Of a DNA stretch of 59,951 nt, positions 36,101 through 47,226 are shown in pieces. Every line of letters starts with the position of its first letter. Positions within the stretch are counted from its first letter, which is position 1. The position numbers and the translations under genes are program-made. This stretch comes from Hydrolagus affinis (Eukaryota), in NCBI GenBank assembly GCA_012026655.1, contig JAAILG010001921.1:1-59951 (forward strand). The letters are read 5' to 3'. The notes beneath the pieces were generated by a model, which saw only the letters and a list, made by a program, of their open reading frames with translations, made no database searches and was not told where the DNA came from.

Positions 36101-38718
36101 CATCCTAAAAGTAATGGACAACAAAGTAAGAATTCAAGTTTGAAATGGCACTAAATTGAACACAAAATAGCAGGTTGTAATATAACATGGCTCAGTGAGT
36201 GGTCAGATGTTTGGCACAGGATTGGGGTAAGGGAATACAGGTATGTTCTAATGTCCCACGGTCAGCAGATCTGATGGTAACCATGTGAAAATCCTACATC
36301 GGTTGGTAACCGGACAAATCTATTTAAAGTCTGAACGTCAGCAATCAATTAGAAAGAGCTCGGTGCTGACTTTATCAATGCGCTGTGTCCTCTTCACTGT
36401 TCATGTTCCTCAGGCACTGTCCGGACATGCTTGATTACAACACAATTAAGTTTATACAGTGTTGGGAGGGCATGTTAAACAACTTATATAGCGCCCTTCA
36501 CGTCGGAAAGATATCCCAGGGCAGTGGTCAATTTTTAGACGTGAGCTGGGAGTTGGGGTCAGGAGGTGTGGAGTGTAGCGGTGTTGTGGGGTGGTCCAAG
36601 GCATGGTTGAAGAGAGAGGTCTTTAGCTGAGACTTGAAGCCCTGCAGGACACTGGCCGCATTTGAGAAGTAGCTGTTACGGGAGGGTTGACGTTCTGGGA
36701 GAATGAGATGAAATGGGCCAAATGGCTTTCTTCATCCATACATCTCTGATGATCTTGCAATTGCTTGTAAATGGATAGTTGGGATTATATAAAAAAAACA
36801 AGTGGGGCTACAGGCCTGTGTAATTTGGTTTCTAAAGTCATCCCTTTATTCCAGGTTTCACCCTCTAAGTTAAAGAGATGCATCACTGAGAATTACAGGC
36901 GTTTTACTGCAATGGTTGTGTGGTAAAGTGGATACCAGATTTTACACTACTTGGAACACTTCTGAGTTAGTCTGTGGCCCTAAAGTTTGCCCTAGTCCCC
37001 GCTGAAATGGATGACATTTTGTACAGAACTTTGCAGCGTCAATGTCACTCAGGAGAGTGACAGCATCTATTGAATAACGGCTGGAACCAGCGCACCTTTA
37101 ATAGCAATGTCATTGTTTGGTTTGAACAAACCTTCTGTTTCTGGCTCTTGTCTTTCTGTTCCTCCATTTTTGTAACCTGTTTTCATGAAAGGAGTGTCAG
37201 GATGACGATATCTCTCTCTCACACTCATACACACACAGCAAAATAACGCACTGAAATACAAAGTTACCATGGGCTCTAAATTCAGCCAACAAATGCATGT
37301 TGTTGGTCAGAGATTCGCTCTTTTCATTGTTTAGAACAGATGAGATCAAACGTCTGAAAGGACCTTTTTCATCCATACTTCTCTTTGTGACATGCAGACC
37401 TCTCCTCAGTCTCTGGCAAATGTGCTTTTGATGCAGGAAACATAAATGTTGCCAACTGCTTCAAAGTTGGCAGCCTGCTCGCCTCCGAGTCAGAAGGTTA
37501 GGTGGGTTTAAGGCTAACTTAGAACTCATGATCTAGGCTGACGCACCAGTGCAGAGCTGAGGGGAGCGCTACTTTGTCATAGACTCCGTCCATCGGAAGA
37601 GACATTAAACTGCGATCCCGTCTGGCCGTTCAGCAGGACGTTAAAAATCCCATGGCGTTACTCGAAAAGAGACGGGAGTTTCTCTCTCTTCCTCCGGCAT
37701 CTTGGCCAACAATCTCCCAGATGAAACTGGTTACTCAACCCATGGCTGTTTGTGGGGTATTTGCTGTGTGCAAATTATGTTTGCCCACAAAATACATAAT
37801 CACAGTATTGTATATGCAGCAAAGGGTTTTGAGACAATCTAACAAGGTGGAAAAGCACCATATCAAATGCAAGGGTTATTAGTTATATTATTACTACTTT
37901 CATTGTACATATAAACGCAGTGCCATGTAACTCTGATGGCTGTCTGTCTGATCGCTGGGTTAATCGACCAGGGCTTCAGTGGACCGTTCAGCGTCCTCTG
38001 CATGAGCCACTGCTCGAGAGGTCAGTCTTTCGTTTATAAAAATAGAGCCACCAGCACAGAAGCACGAGCGCCCCAACGTCAGAAGCACCCGAACTGGATC
38101 TGCGGCGTCAGAAAAGCTCTTAAGAATCATTCCCTCATCGGATAAGCAGCAAGCGCCAAACTGGCACATAAACACCGCATGCCAGAAATACATCCCATAT
38201 GCGTGACACAAACCTATGTCATTCACACTTTCAAAAAAAAAGCCTTGAAGCTCTACCTGAGTAAAACATTGACAAAGTCAATGTTGTTATATAAGCAAAT
38301 AATCTGTGGGAATGACGTATTGGAACTTAGAAAATACACTTTGCATTCTTAGCGTGGCTGCCTGCCTGCGAGATAAACAATTTGCGTTTCCATCTATAAC
38401 AATCTATTCAGGACAATGGCATTTATTTTTGTGTTACTGTGGAATGCATATTTAAACACGCACAACCCGCCTCCCCCACTCCGTCACTGCTCGCTCCCTC
38501 CTATTTCCTGGAACTACCTGTTCTAGAACACATGTCTCAACAAACATCAAAGCATCTGATATTGCCTCTTGATAATGCAGGCTCGTAATACGATAATAAC
38601 GACACTTGCATTTGAAATAGCATCGGATCATGTCAAAACATCGCAGAGCTATTTCTATAAAGTGCAGTGACTGTGCGTTTGTAGGCAAACATAGCACGTG
38701 AAACTGTAATATGAGTGA

Positions 38719-38765
<47 letters not shown>

Positions 38766-41700
38766 CAAACAGTAAAATATGCATCAGGAATGAAGCCTGA
38801 ACAATTAATAGCTGGAGGCAAAGTTAATCACAACACCCAAGTGAGGATGCTTCTATACTCATTTGTAGCAAGCAACAGCATTTCCCAAAGCCCTTGCTTT
38901 ATCTCAATGTCATCCTTATCAAGGCGAAACCTTGGGCAAATTCCCCTACTCCACACACCTAATAATAATCCCTCCGAAAAAATAAATTGGTCATTTCAAT
39001 CTACAAGTGTTTGTGAGACACTGCTGAGCGCAATTGGCTGCATGTCGCCCACAATCCATTCAACAATATATTCTGTGAAGTGCTTTGAGCCATCTAGAAG
39101 ATGTGAAAAGCGCTATTGTGTGCGTTATTATCTGGCTTCTCTCAGTGAATGGAAAGGTTTGAGCTCTGTGCTGGGTTAAAAAGGGAGAGAGGTAGAGGGG
39201 GTAGGGAGAGAGAAATGGGGAGGGGAGGGAGCGTAAAAGAGTATAGTGCATATATCGCATGCGAAGTGACATTGGAGCCTGTAACATATTGGCTGTTACC
39301 CAAACTACTGTCTGACTTTTGCCTCCCTTAAATTTTCAGCTTTCAGTTAATGATTAAACATCCCGAGAAAGGCAACCAAATCCTGGCAGCTCTCCAGCTC
39401 GCTGGGTGACAGCTAGACTGAGAGGTGCTCTCTCCAACCTCCCTCCCCTACATAAAAATTTATTTAATGGGTTACAAAACAACAACCTACCATTACATAG
39501 CGTCTCCAATGTCAAGAGAATTTCTCAAACATTACTCCACATGCCTCTGTTTACCAAAGTAGTAAGTAGTTGGAAATTGATTGGCGGATTGCTTTCCGAG
39601 GATAATAATCGTTTTTTTTTAAAAAAAGTCACTCTATGCAAGACTATTTGTGAGACACTGCTGTGTGCAATTGGCTGCCACGTTTCACCCACAAAATACA
39701 GTTCATTATATTTTATGAAAGAAACACTGAGTGATAGAGTGTAAGGATTATTGTTAAATGTGTATTTTATCAGAGAGGAATGTACTTTAGGGATATTTAG
39801 GCGCAATATAGATCGGCAGACAGGATTGTCTGATCGCAAACGTGGGAAAAGTTCCATTACTACAGCGATAACAAGCCTCGGGCTCTTTACAATGAAATTC
39901 CAGCAATTTTTTTTTGTGTACAGTCTCATCAATCAGCATGAGCTTCATTCTCCAGCATCTGCAGTGTTTTTTGTGTTTCATTTTGAGCTGAATCTAAACT
40001 TGTTTAAAAGCCTCTGGAACCTCGTTTGAAACGTCACCTGGTCACAAAATAAACAGAACACCTTTCTGCTGCAAAGCTGCCTCTCCTCTCCTCTCACACA
40101 GGACCAGGACTTCACAATATACCTGCCACCTCCGCTGGTCTTAAAAGGTCACCTCGCCTTAGTCTGTCACAAAATTTCGGGCCATTCTATGGTTGCAGTT
40201 AGGGTCAGATTGAAACAGGCGAGGGAGTGCGTCAATTTCCTATGTCAGAAACTTGAGGGTTATCGCTCTATGTCAGCACTGTATAATTCACAAGTCTAGG
40301 CTAATGCTCCAAGTTACTACTTATGTATAGAGATGCAAACGTCCCTTGTTTTCACCCAAACAAACTCTGACACTGCGCGCTCTCTCACGGAACGCTGGAA
40401 GCACTTTGCATTGTTGGAGGTGCCGGCCTTTGGGTGAGATTTAACCTGTTTATGACTGTTTGGGTGGACATAAAAGATCTCAGGGCCTGGTGTCCCAGCC
40501 AACAATCTTCCAGAAAGACTTGGTCACTCACTTCACGCCTGCTTATGGGATATTGCAGTGCCCAAATCAGCTGCCTTGATCGCCCTCAAGATACGCAGTC
40601 ACTACACATAACAGTAAAACCCAGTAAATCCCACATAACAGGAAATTAGCAAAACTAATTTCGTATAACATCAAACAACGGACTTTTGGGGCTCCGTAGA
40701 TGAATAATAACTTGCACAAACAGCCGTAAAGAGAGTGATTTGCGTACTAAAGCATTGCATTTCGCCTCAAAACTATAAATGCCTTGTTGAACTTTACAAT
40801 ATACCATTGCTCTCTGACTACACGTCCGTTCTCTCAGAGTTACAAGTGAAGAGCCTCTTACCTGGAGCTTCTCCAGCATGTCGAAGAACTCGGTGGACTG
40901 TTGAAGAGACAGGAAAACAAAAGTCAAACTATCGATATACAAACTGTTGCGTGAATCTGCTCGTACGAGTGCGAGTGTTAACCAGGACATGCAGACCACA
41001 GTTCCAGCCCCATGTCGGGACTTTGAGCTCACAGTCTAGGCTGGATCTCCAATGTTGCTTTCTCCGTCGGATGAGACATTAAACTGAGGTCCCGTCTGCT
41101 TGTTCAGGGGGGTCATTATTGTTAAAGACCCTGTGGGACTAATCGATAAAAAGATAAGAGTTTCACCTGGTGTCAATTCCCCAGACAAAACATCGGTCAC
41201 TCGCTTCAAAAGCGTGTTACTGACTGAGCTGGGCTGACACACAGGATTAACCTGGCTATTTAAGGGAACATTGGAGAGGGCAAAATCAAGGCACGGACAA
41301 GTTGGGCTGAATGGCACATTTCCGGGCTGTAATGTTCTATGTAAATGTATGAAACCTAATATTGACTGGCCTCGTCAATAGCAGCTTCACATTCAGACAA
41401 AAAGCAATTATGCAAATTCCTTTCACTCTTCATCTTTGCTAAAGGTCAGGCCTTCATTGTCTGCTGGTTCCTCTTTGTGTCTCTGTTACGTTCGGTTCAA
41501 ATCCGGTAAAAATCCATCTGCTAAGCCTCGATTTTACTGCTTAATTGGTCCAGATCTTAACTGAACCCTATTTATCCTCCACCTGCCCTTTAGCTCAGCA
41601 CCGACATCAATGTGTCATAATCTCATCTTAAAGATCAATGATGGTGTGTGTTGATACATTCAGTACAGACCCCGAGCGAGACTCACTGCCCGCCCCCACC

Positions 41701-43811
41701 CACGTCACCTTGGACTCAACATACCCTCACCTCACGAGCAAGAAGCTCAACGAACTCTGGGTAAAAATAGCCCAGGCACATTCAGCCCTCTCCGCATCCT
41801 ACCTCCCTTCACACAAGAACACATCACACACAGCTCTGCACTCACATTTACATCAAAACCCAGCTGAATGGATGGGGGAGGTGGGGAGGGGGTGGAGAGG
41901 AAGATAGAGAAACAACTTGCATTTGCATTGTACCCTTCACGCAGGGTAACGGGTAGTGGCAGAGTTTGGTCACAAACCAGGGAGAGAGGGAGGGGGAAGG
42001 GGAAGGTCTTTAGGTGGGAATTGAAAGTGGTGAGGGAGTGGGGGGCAAGGGCGGAGGGATTGAGGGGGAGAGTTGCAGAGCTTCAGGGGATAGTGGCTGA
42101 AAGCACAGCCTCCGATGGTGGAGCGAAGGGGGACGAGGGATGAACAGGAGGCCAGTGCATAGGGAAAAAAAATCACCGAATGGTGAATCAGGGAGCAGGG
42201 TTCTTAAAAATTGTTCTCTTTCCTACCAGCATGATGCACTCAAGCCAAATGCAGCAACTTGGCTGGGAACAGCTAAGGACACACGCTTCACAGACCAAAA
42301 CTGGCGCCTCACTCAAGTCCGGCTCAGACACTCACTGTACAAACCCACCGAGCCATTGGCAGGGCGCCTAATATGATGCTTTTATTGTCACAATAAAAAT
42401 AAAGTTATCAGTGCAGAACTCACAAACCCAATAAAACCGAGCCCCAACCACCACCTCACCCCACCCGTGGAGTGTCATGCACTGGACTCACCCTTGCTTG
42501 CCTTCAAAAGTGTCACGTAAAGAGGCTTCGACCTCCTGCCAACAAGGCTGACATCAAATGCTGCAGTTTGAGCAGTTAAATGGTTTGTGCAATCTGTGCC
42601 GTGGCTGATCTCAGTCAGGGAGCTGCGTTTTGAATCAAAGTCTAATAGCAGACGGAGGTATCAGCCTGGCCTAATCGGGGACACACTCGCCTCGGAGTCA
42701 GAAGGTCGCGGGTTCAAGCCCCACGTCGGGACTTTGAAGTCACATTGTCGACGTTAACATTTCAGTGCAGGGCTGGGGGGTGGGAGGGGTGTTGGGTGGG
42801 GGTGATCATAGTGCTGCATTGCCAGAAGAGGTGATATTCTTTAGAACTCTTTCTGATTAAACCGTTACATTGATGTCTCGTCTGCCAGTTCAAAGATCCC
42901 GTGGCGTTATTCGATAAAGGAATGAGTGATTCTCACTCCCTGAATTTTGGCTGACAATCCCCCCCACCTCCCCCCCAAGTAAAAATGGTTACTTCATGTG
43001 GTAGTTTGTGGGGCACTATTGGGTGCAAATTAGCTTAAGTGTTTGCCTGCAAAATACAGTCATTACACGTTTCAGTAAAGCGTTTCACGACACCCTGCTG
43101 ACTCCGAAAGGCCCTAAACGAAAGTGTTTCTCGAGGACACATTCTCAAGTCATTTGTAGATAAATGCGGCAAGCAATTTGCACACAGCCATGTCGCACAA
43201 CCACCTCCACAAAGGGGAAATGCTTTGAAACATCAAGACACGTTGATGAGGTCTTAGCAAGGTTGTCCTTTCCAACAAGATGAAAGAGAGAGAGAGAGAG
43301 AGAGAGAGAGGGGGAGGGAAGGGGGGGTTGCAAGAGATCTCCTGCAGCTCAACAGTTAGAGCACTCGTCTTATAAACGTGAGACCTGTGTTCGAATCGAG
43401 GCAGATGAGGGCGAAATTTTGGGCAAGTTTCCTTACTCCACATGTCTAATAATAATCCCTCCCCCCAAAAAAAACACAATAATAAAATTGGTCATTTCAA
43501 TCCATGACTGTGTGTGGGACGCTGCTGTGCGCAATTGGCTGCTGCGTTTCACCCACAAATACACAGTCAATTCACTTTACAGTATATTTTGTGAAGTGCT
43601 TTGAGATGTCGGTAAGATGTGAAAAGCACTATATCAAATGCAAGGATTATTAGTATTACTATTATTATCTCCACCTCTCGCTCTGAGCTATCAGGAGCTG
43701 CCAATCGCCTCACACCGCTCTGCGAGAGTGAAACAAACCACCCCCCCCCACACACACACACACGGCGGGGCAGTCACGGACACTCACCGCGGTCTTCAGA
43801 AAGGCCAGCAT
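15159..43811 (-). CDS. RAP1GAP2: Rap1 GTPase-activating protein 2-like. 19 firm exons (18750-40897, 1912 nt, one open frame); terminal exons tentative
   Basis: Exon-by-exon match to RAP1GAP2 as recalled: [67 protein letters not shown] (catalytic Asn), [64 protein letters not shown]. May be a paralog rather than the strict ortholog. Confidence 0.92.
16017..16105 (-). CDS. Alternative candidate C-terminal exon ([29 protein letters not shown])
   Basis: Acceptor cctccttttcag, phase 1; weak resemblance of [10 protein letters not shown] to RAP1GAP2 NSPRSNLK..FD. Confidence 0.35.
16624..16670 (-). CDS. Candidate penultimate exon ([16 protein letters not shown])
   Basis: Strong pyrimidine acceptor ending aagcag, donor gtcagt, phase-compatible with the 18750 exon; no recognised homology. 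Confidence 0.35.
17860..18222 (+). mobile_element. Older Deu-domain SINE
   Basis: ggatgagatgttaaactatgg..cagatggacgttaaagttcctgtggcacta core typical of AmnSINE1/SacSINE1-type Deu domains, plus shared tail. Confidence 0.6.
18505..18720. repeat. Degenerate (TG)n/(CA)n microsatellite tract
   Basis: Directly visible. Confidence 0.9.
18750..18858 (-). CDS. RAP1GAP2: RAP1GAP2-like exon [24 protein letters not shown]
   Basis: Acceptor gctcag; weak donor G|gtctgc at the position expected from homology. Confidence 0.8.
19583..19703 (-). CDS. RAP1GAP2: RAP1GAP2-like exon [28 protein letters not shown]
   Basis: Acceptor cgccag, donor gtaagt. Confidence 0.9.
20764..20877 (-). CDS. RAP1GAP2: RAP1GAP2-like exon [25 protein letters not shown]
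   Basis: Acceptor tgacag, donor gtaatg, phase 2-2. Confidence 0.88.
23148..23248 (-). CDS. RAP1GAP2: RAP1GAP2-like exon [23 protein letters not shown]
   Basis: Acceptor cctcag (second in-frame CAG 6 nt later), donor gtgagt. Confidence 0.88.
24694..24831 (-). CDS. RAP1GAP2: RAP1GAP2-like exon [20 protein letters not shown]
   Basis: Acceptor atgcag, donor gtgagt. Confidence 0.9.
25787..25921 (-). CDS. RAP1GAP2: RAP1GAP2-like exon [24 protein letters not shown]
   Basis: Acceptor gcacag, donor gtaaag. Confidence 0.93.
26020..26438 (+). mobile_element. L2 LINE 3' fragment
   Basis: ORF 26147-26374 [34 protein letters not shown] is the L2 ORF2 C-terminus; tail ends (TTG)n. Confidence 0.85.
26441..26527 (-). 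CDS. RAP1GAP2: RAP1GAP2-like exon [29 protein letters not shown]
   Basis: Acceptor acctag, donor gtaaca. Confidence 0.93.
26606..26924. mobile_element. Young non-autonomous hAT (Ac-like) transposon, 319 bp
   Basis: Perfect 8-bp TSD GCCAATAG (26598-26605, 26925-26932); 16-bp TIRs TAGTGTCCGGCGATAT / ATATCGCCAGACACTA with 1 mismatch; many GATATC/ATCGAT subterminal motifs. Confidence 0.92.
27383..27454 (-). CDS. RAP1GAP2: RAP1GAP2-like exon [24 protein letters not shown]
   Basis: Acceptor gatcag, donor gtaagc. Confidence 0.9.
27839..27994 (-). CDS. RAP1GAP2: RAP1GAP2-like catalytic exon [22 protein letters not shown]
   Basis: Contains the Asn-thumb motif KRHIGND; acceptor tcacag, donor gtaatc. 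Confidence 0.95.
29739..29868 (-). CDS. RAP1GAP2: RAP1GAP2-like exon [20 protein letters not shown]
   Basis: Acceptor acgcag, donor gtattt, phase 2-0. Confidence 0.93.
30302..30402 (-). CDS. RAP1GAP2: RAP1GAP2-like exon [21 protein letters not shown]
   Basis: Acceptor tttcag, donor gtgagt, phase 0-2. Confidence 0.93.
30543..30914 (+). mobile_element. tRNA-derived SINE, long subfamily
   Basis: tRNA head with B box gttcgattcc, extra central segment, Deu-like body, (ATT)n tail. Confidence 0.85.
31246..31329 (-). CDS. RAP1GAP2: RAP1GAP2-like exon [23 protein letters not shown]
   Basis: AAG acceptor after a T-rich tract, donor gtgagt. Confidence 0.92.
32082..32135 (-). CDS. RAP1GAP2: RAP1GAP2-like exon [18 protein letters not shown]
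   Basis: Acceptor ctttag, donor gtaagt. Confidence 0.9.
34048..34126 (-). CDS. RAP1GAP2: RAP1GAP2-like exon [17 protein letters not shown]
   Basis: Acceptor ttcccag, donor gtaagt, phase 2-0. Confidence 0.9.
34303..34715 (-). mobile_element. L2 LINE 3' fragment
   Basis: [23 protein letters not shown] and [21 protein letters not shown] remnants; (TTG)n tail. Confidence 0.85.
34734..34837 (-). CDS. RAP1GAP2: RAP1GAP2-like exon DHLNFY..YLRIILR
   Basis: Acceptor ttccag, donor gtaacc, phase 0-2. Confidence 0.92.
35406..35618 (-). CDS. RAP1GAP2: RAP1GAP2-like exon [33 protein letters not shown]
   Basis: Acceptor cctcag, donor gtcagt, 71 codons. Confidence 0.93.
36072..36104 (-). CDS. RAP1GAP2: RAP1GAP2-like exon [11 protein letters not shown]
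   Basis: Acceptor ttttag, donor gtgagt; family-invariant peptide. Confidence 0.92.
37132..37176 (-). CDS. RAP1GAP2: RAP1GAP2-like exon [15 protein letters not shown]
   Basis: Acceptor aaaacag, donor gtttgt; aligns with GIKLEEQK..QKNK. Confidence 0.75.
37475..37893 (+). mobile_element. Older full Deu-domain SINE
   Basis: tRNA-like ctcgcctccgagtcagaagg head, tctaggctgac..ccagtgcag..gagacattaaac..gacgttaaaaatcccatggc Deu core, shared tail. Confidence 0.75.
38718..38760. repeat. Compound (TG)n(AG)n microsatellite; other (AG)n runs near 15942, 16692, 23273, 43283, 56668, 57840
   Basis: Directly visible. Confidence 0.9.
40862..40897 (-). CDS. RAP1GAP2: RAP1GAP2-like exon [12 protein letters not shown]
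   Basis: Acceptor ctcttcaacag, donor gtaaga; first half of GoLoco-like motif. Confidence 0.88.
42662..43135 (+). mobile_element. Older full Deu-domain SINE
   Basis: B box GGTTCAAGCC (42711), Deu core remnants, shared tail. Confidence 0.7.
43334..43668 (+). mobile_element. Full-length tRNA-derived SINE, short subfamily
   Basis: Near-identical to 3210-3552. Confidence 0.9.
43788..43811 (-). CDS. RAP1GAP2: Candidate first coding exon portion (MLAFLKTA)
   Basis: ATG preceded by an in-frame stop, strong donor GCG|gtgagt, phase 0 like the next firm exon; resembles MLASLK of RAP1GAP2. Confidence 0.5.
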
Positions 43812-44233
43812 TTTGCCACAATCGACCAATTACCAAACCGTCAGAGAACAGCTAACGTGGGGAGAGAGGCTTTCATTTCCTCCAGTGGCTCAGCAACATA
43901 AAGCTGCAGAGACCCAGCTCAGGAGAAAACCACTCAAACTGTTTCATGTTAACATTTTTTTTTTCCGCAGCCTTCCTTTGTCTCAGGCAACACTGGTCTA
44001 CACTGAGCGACTGACTGACTGAGTGAGTGAGTGTCTGGGGAGAGAGCCTCAAACAGGTTGTGCAGGAAAGCCAAGGCCTGAGCTGAACACCTGCATTTTT
44101 TTGCTCCATTGGCTGCAACTCAAGCCTCTCCCATTGAGATACTAAGGAGGGTTGGGACGGAAGTATGCAAAGGAAACAATTCTTACCCGCGCACATTCAG
44201 AGAATCTTACAGCACAGAAAGAGCTACAACTCT

Positions 44234-44555
44234 GGAGCTTTTGTAGCTCAGTGGTTAGAGCACTAGCCTTACAAGCGTGAGACCTGCGTTCGAATCCAGG
44301 CAGATCAGGGCGAAACCCTGGGCAAGTTTCCTTACTCCACACGCCTAATAATAATCCCTCCAAAAAAACACAATAATAAAATTGGTCATTGCAATCCATG
44401 ACTGTTTGTGGGACGCCGCTGTGCGCAACTGGCTGCCGTGTTTCGCCCACAAATATACAGTCAATTCACTTTACGGTATATTCTGTGAAGCGCTTTGAGA
44501 CGTCGAGAAGATGTGAAAAACGCTGCATCAAAATGCAAGGATTATTATTATAATA
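44234..44555 (+). mobile_element. Full-length tRNA-derived SINE, short subfamily
   Basis: Intact A box TAGCTCAGTGG and B box GTTCGAATCC. Confidence 0.9.
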
Positions 44556-47193
44556 ACTTTATGGGACAGAAGGAGCTCCCACTGCTCCACTCTTACCCCA
44601 CAGCCCTGCAAGCTGCTCCTTTTTCACTACCTATCCAATTCCCTTTTGAAAGTCATCGACTTGTTTTCACCTCAGCTTTTTTTTTAACCCCACCCTCCCA
44701 AAGAGCGTGCCTAAGTCGGACAAAGATTGTGGACGAAGAAGTCTTTGGCACAGCGAACACAGGAGGAAAGTAAACAGATACACAATGGAATAGCAGACAA
44801 GGCTGAGCGCTAATAAGACTGCAGTTGTTTGTGAAATGGGACACTGGCATGTGCAACTGGCTGCTGTGTTTCGCCCTCAAAACTCACAGCAACCCCACCT
44901 TGCAGTGTATTCTTTAAGGATTATTATCATTGTTATTAACACTATTGCTATTAATTAAGGATGTCACAGCAATGAGACATTTGGTTCGAAACTACAATTG
45001 CAACTCGATCGATCGGTCACTTCATGGTTCTTTGCAGTACGGTGCTCTGCTCTCCCCCAACACCAACTCCCAATTCGCTAACCCCCGATCCCACAACTCC
45101 TTCGCCACTCACCCGCGCACCCACCCACTTCCAGACACCACTCTGTTGGTGGTCAGGCTTTCAGCTTTTCTGATCCCATCCTCTGGAATGCTAATCTTGG
45201 AGCCCCTCTGCCTCACACCCCCCTCCCTTGCCTCCTTCAAGGTCCATTTCAAGACCTTCCTTTTTAACCGTGCCTTTTGCCATCTTCCCTCTTCCACCCC
45301 TCCACCCCCTCTCTGATCCCAACCCACAGTTTGGGTCCAAACCCTTCCAGCACATTGGGACGCCCTCCTGACATGAAAGCCGCTGTATGAAAGCAATGTG
45401 TTGTTATGGTGTCCTGTCACCGTGCCACCCCAACAATAGGGGGAGTAGCCATAAGCATGGTGGAAAAGATGGGTCGTAAAGAAGGCTTTAAAAGATGGGG
45501 ACGTAGGATTGAGGCAGAGGGGCTTCAGGATGGAGTTACAGAGAGTCAGAGGAGAATGGCGATCGCTAGGTGCAGGTGGCACGTATATGTGGAACTGTCT
45601 CACTCTTAAGCATGGTGGTGGGTTTCCACATGTATAGGACCTCAAGCTAACCAAGAAACAAAACAATCCTGTAATTGACAACAGTGCACAGATCCCCACA
45701 GCTCCTTCTCCCCCTTCAACCATTGAACTCGATTGCTCTCTCCTTGTTCTCATTCCCCGCCCCAACTTCCACCCTCACCCCCACCCCCCCACCCCCCCAC
45801 TCCCTCCTCCTTTTGCTGTCTGCTGATTAAATGAGACAAGGCAACATTTTGCTGAAAGAATCAAGGCCAATTAAGGGAGCGTCTGGAAAACACGACAGAG
45901 AGAAACTTATCATAATGTGAGAGGGTGAGTAAGGGGCAGACAGGATCCTCATAAAAAGAGATTAGAGAAGGAATCCTTCGATGCTGTTCCTGTTCCAGCG
46001 GTGACCTTCATTACATCCAATCACTCGATTCAGGATTTAGTCATCGATTTTGTTGGTTAAACCCTAAGGATTTTGAGTGTGTGTGGTATGTGATGTGGGG
46101 GGAGAAGTAGGAGGGGGGGTGGGTGGGCAAAAGATAAGATTCTCACCCAGGATAATACTTTCCGCAGAGTTCTGATTGTCTCCAATTTACAAAACCATGA
46201 AAACAAAAGAGAGTGATTTGAGTGAGCTGCTGATTTCATGCATTGGATCGTTCATGTCCTTCTCGACTTTCAAAGTCCACAGATTTTGCCGTTGTGCTTT
46301 TTTGTTATTTTAGATTCAAAACAATCACTGATTGAACGCAGTCATCCATCAATACAGAATGTCAATGTTTCAGAACAGGACGCTTGCTCTACTCCTGACG
46401 TCCTGCATCTCCTTTAAGGTTATAGCGCAGGCAAGGTGAACTTCACTATTCTGCCCTCGTCTGTAATGGTCCCTGAGTGAGAAGTACACCGGCTATGCCA
46501 ATTGCATATCCCCATACAAATAACGCTTCTGTCCTTTGCTAATAGAGTCTGGCTGGTGGGGAGGCGGGGGGTGGTGGGGGAGGGGGGGGGAAAAAGGAGG
46601 AAAAATAATCAAATAATAAAAACGTGGTCACTAAATCCACGACTGTTTGTACTTGCGTGCTACTCTGCACATACAATGGTGCCTTGGGACGTCCTCCGGA
46701 CCTGAAAGGCACTCTATAAATGCAATTTTGTTGCTGCGCTTTGCCCACAAAATACAGTCAGCTCACTTTACAGTATACTCTGTGAGGCGCTTTGAGACAT
46801 CTCGAAGATGTGATTAAAGCGCTATATCAAATGCAAGGATTATTATTGTTATGATTATTATAAGGGAATCATAAGAACCCATTTAGAATGGATTTGAGAA
46901 CAAGTTCATTTCAAGACCCTTCATCCCATTGAGTTGAACTGGATTCAAAACCCAGGATCTAGAGGTGAAGGGATAGTGAGTTGACTTCCAGCAGTAACAA
47001 CAACAACATGCATTTATGCAGCGCCCTTCACACTGAGACAGAGGCTTGGTGCTGCAACACTCCCTCGTATCCCCCTACCCCGAACATGCTCCTGACATCC
47101 TTAGAGACCAGTTCCTACAAGTGTGAAACAAAGTTATGGTCACCTTTAGCATTTACATCGCCTAATCTTTGCCAGTGAAACTGAACGTAATGC

Positions 47194-47226
47194 GTGAACT
47201 TAAAGTGAACCTAAAGTGAACTTAAA
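47194..47226 (-). promoter_or_regulatory. 3 x 11-bp tandem repeat forming two overlapping DR5-type nuclear-receptor elements
   Basis: Minus strand AGTTCA-cttta-GGTTCA-cttta-AGTTCA; function untested. Confidence 0.3.

Noticed and set aside
41330-41600. TATA-like minus-strand segment with ATG AAG resembling the MK-SSEFF start
   Set aside because: The available donor gives the wrong phase and the ORF stops without a suitable donor
42492-42535. Candidate RAP1GAP2-like 5' exon ([11 protein letters not shown] with a GC donor, or 44 nt with a GT donor)
   Set aside because: Good splice signals, but the GT version breaks phase with the next exon and homology is unconvincing; not called without transcript data
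44234-44310. tRNA-Val(TAC)-like sequence with intact A/B boxes (also at 3210, 43334, 57491, 58660)
   Set aside because: It lacks a proper acceptor-stem 3' half and continues directly into the SINE body; it is a SINE head, not a tRNA gene
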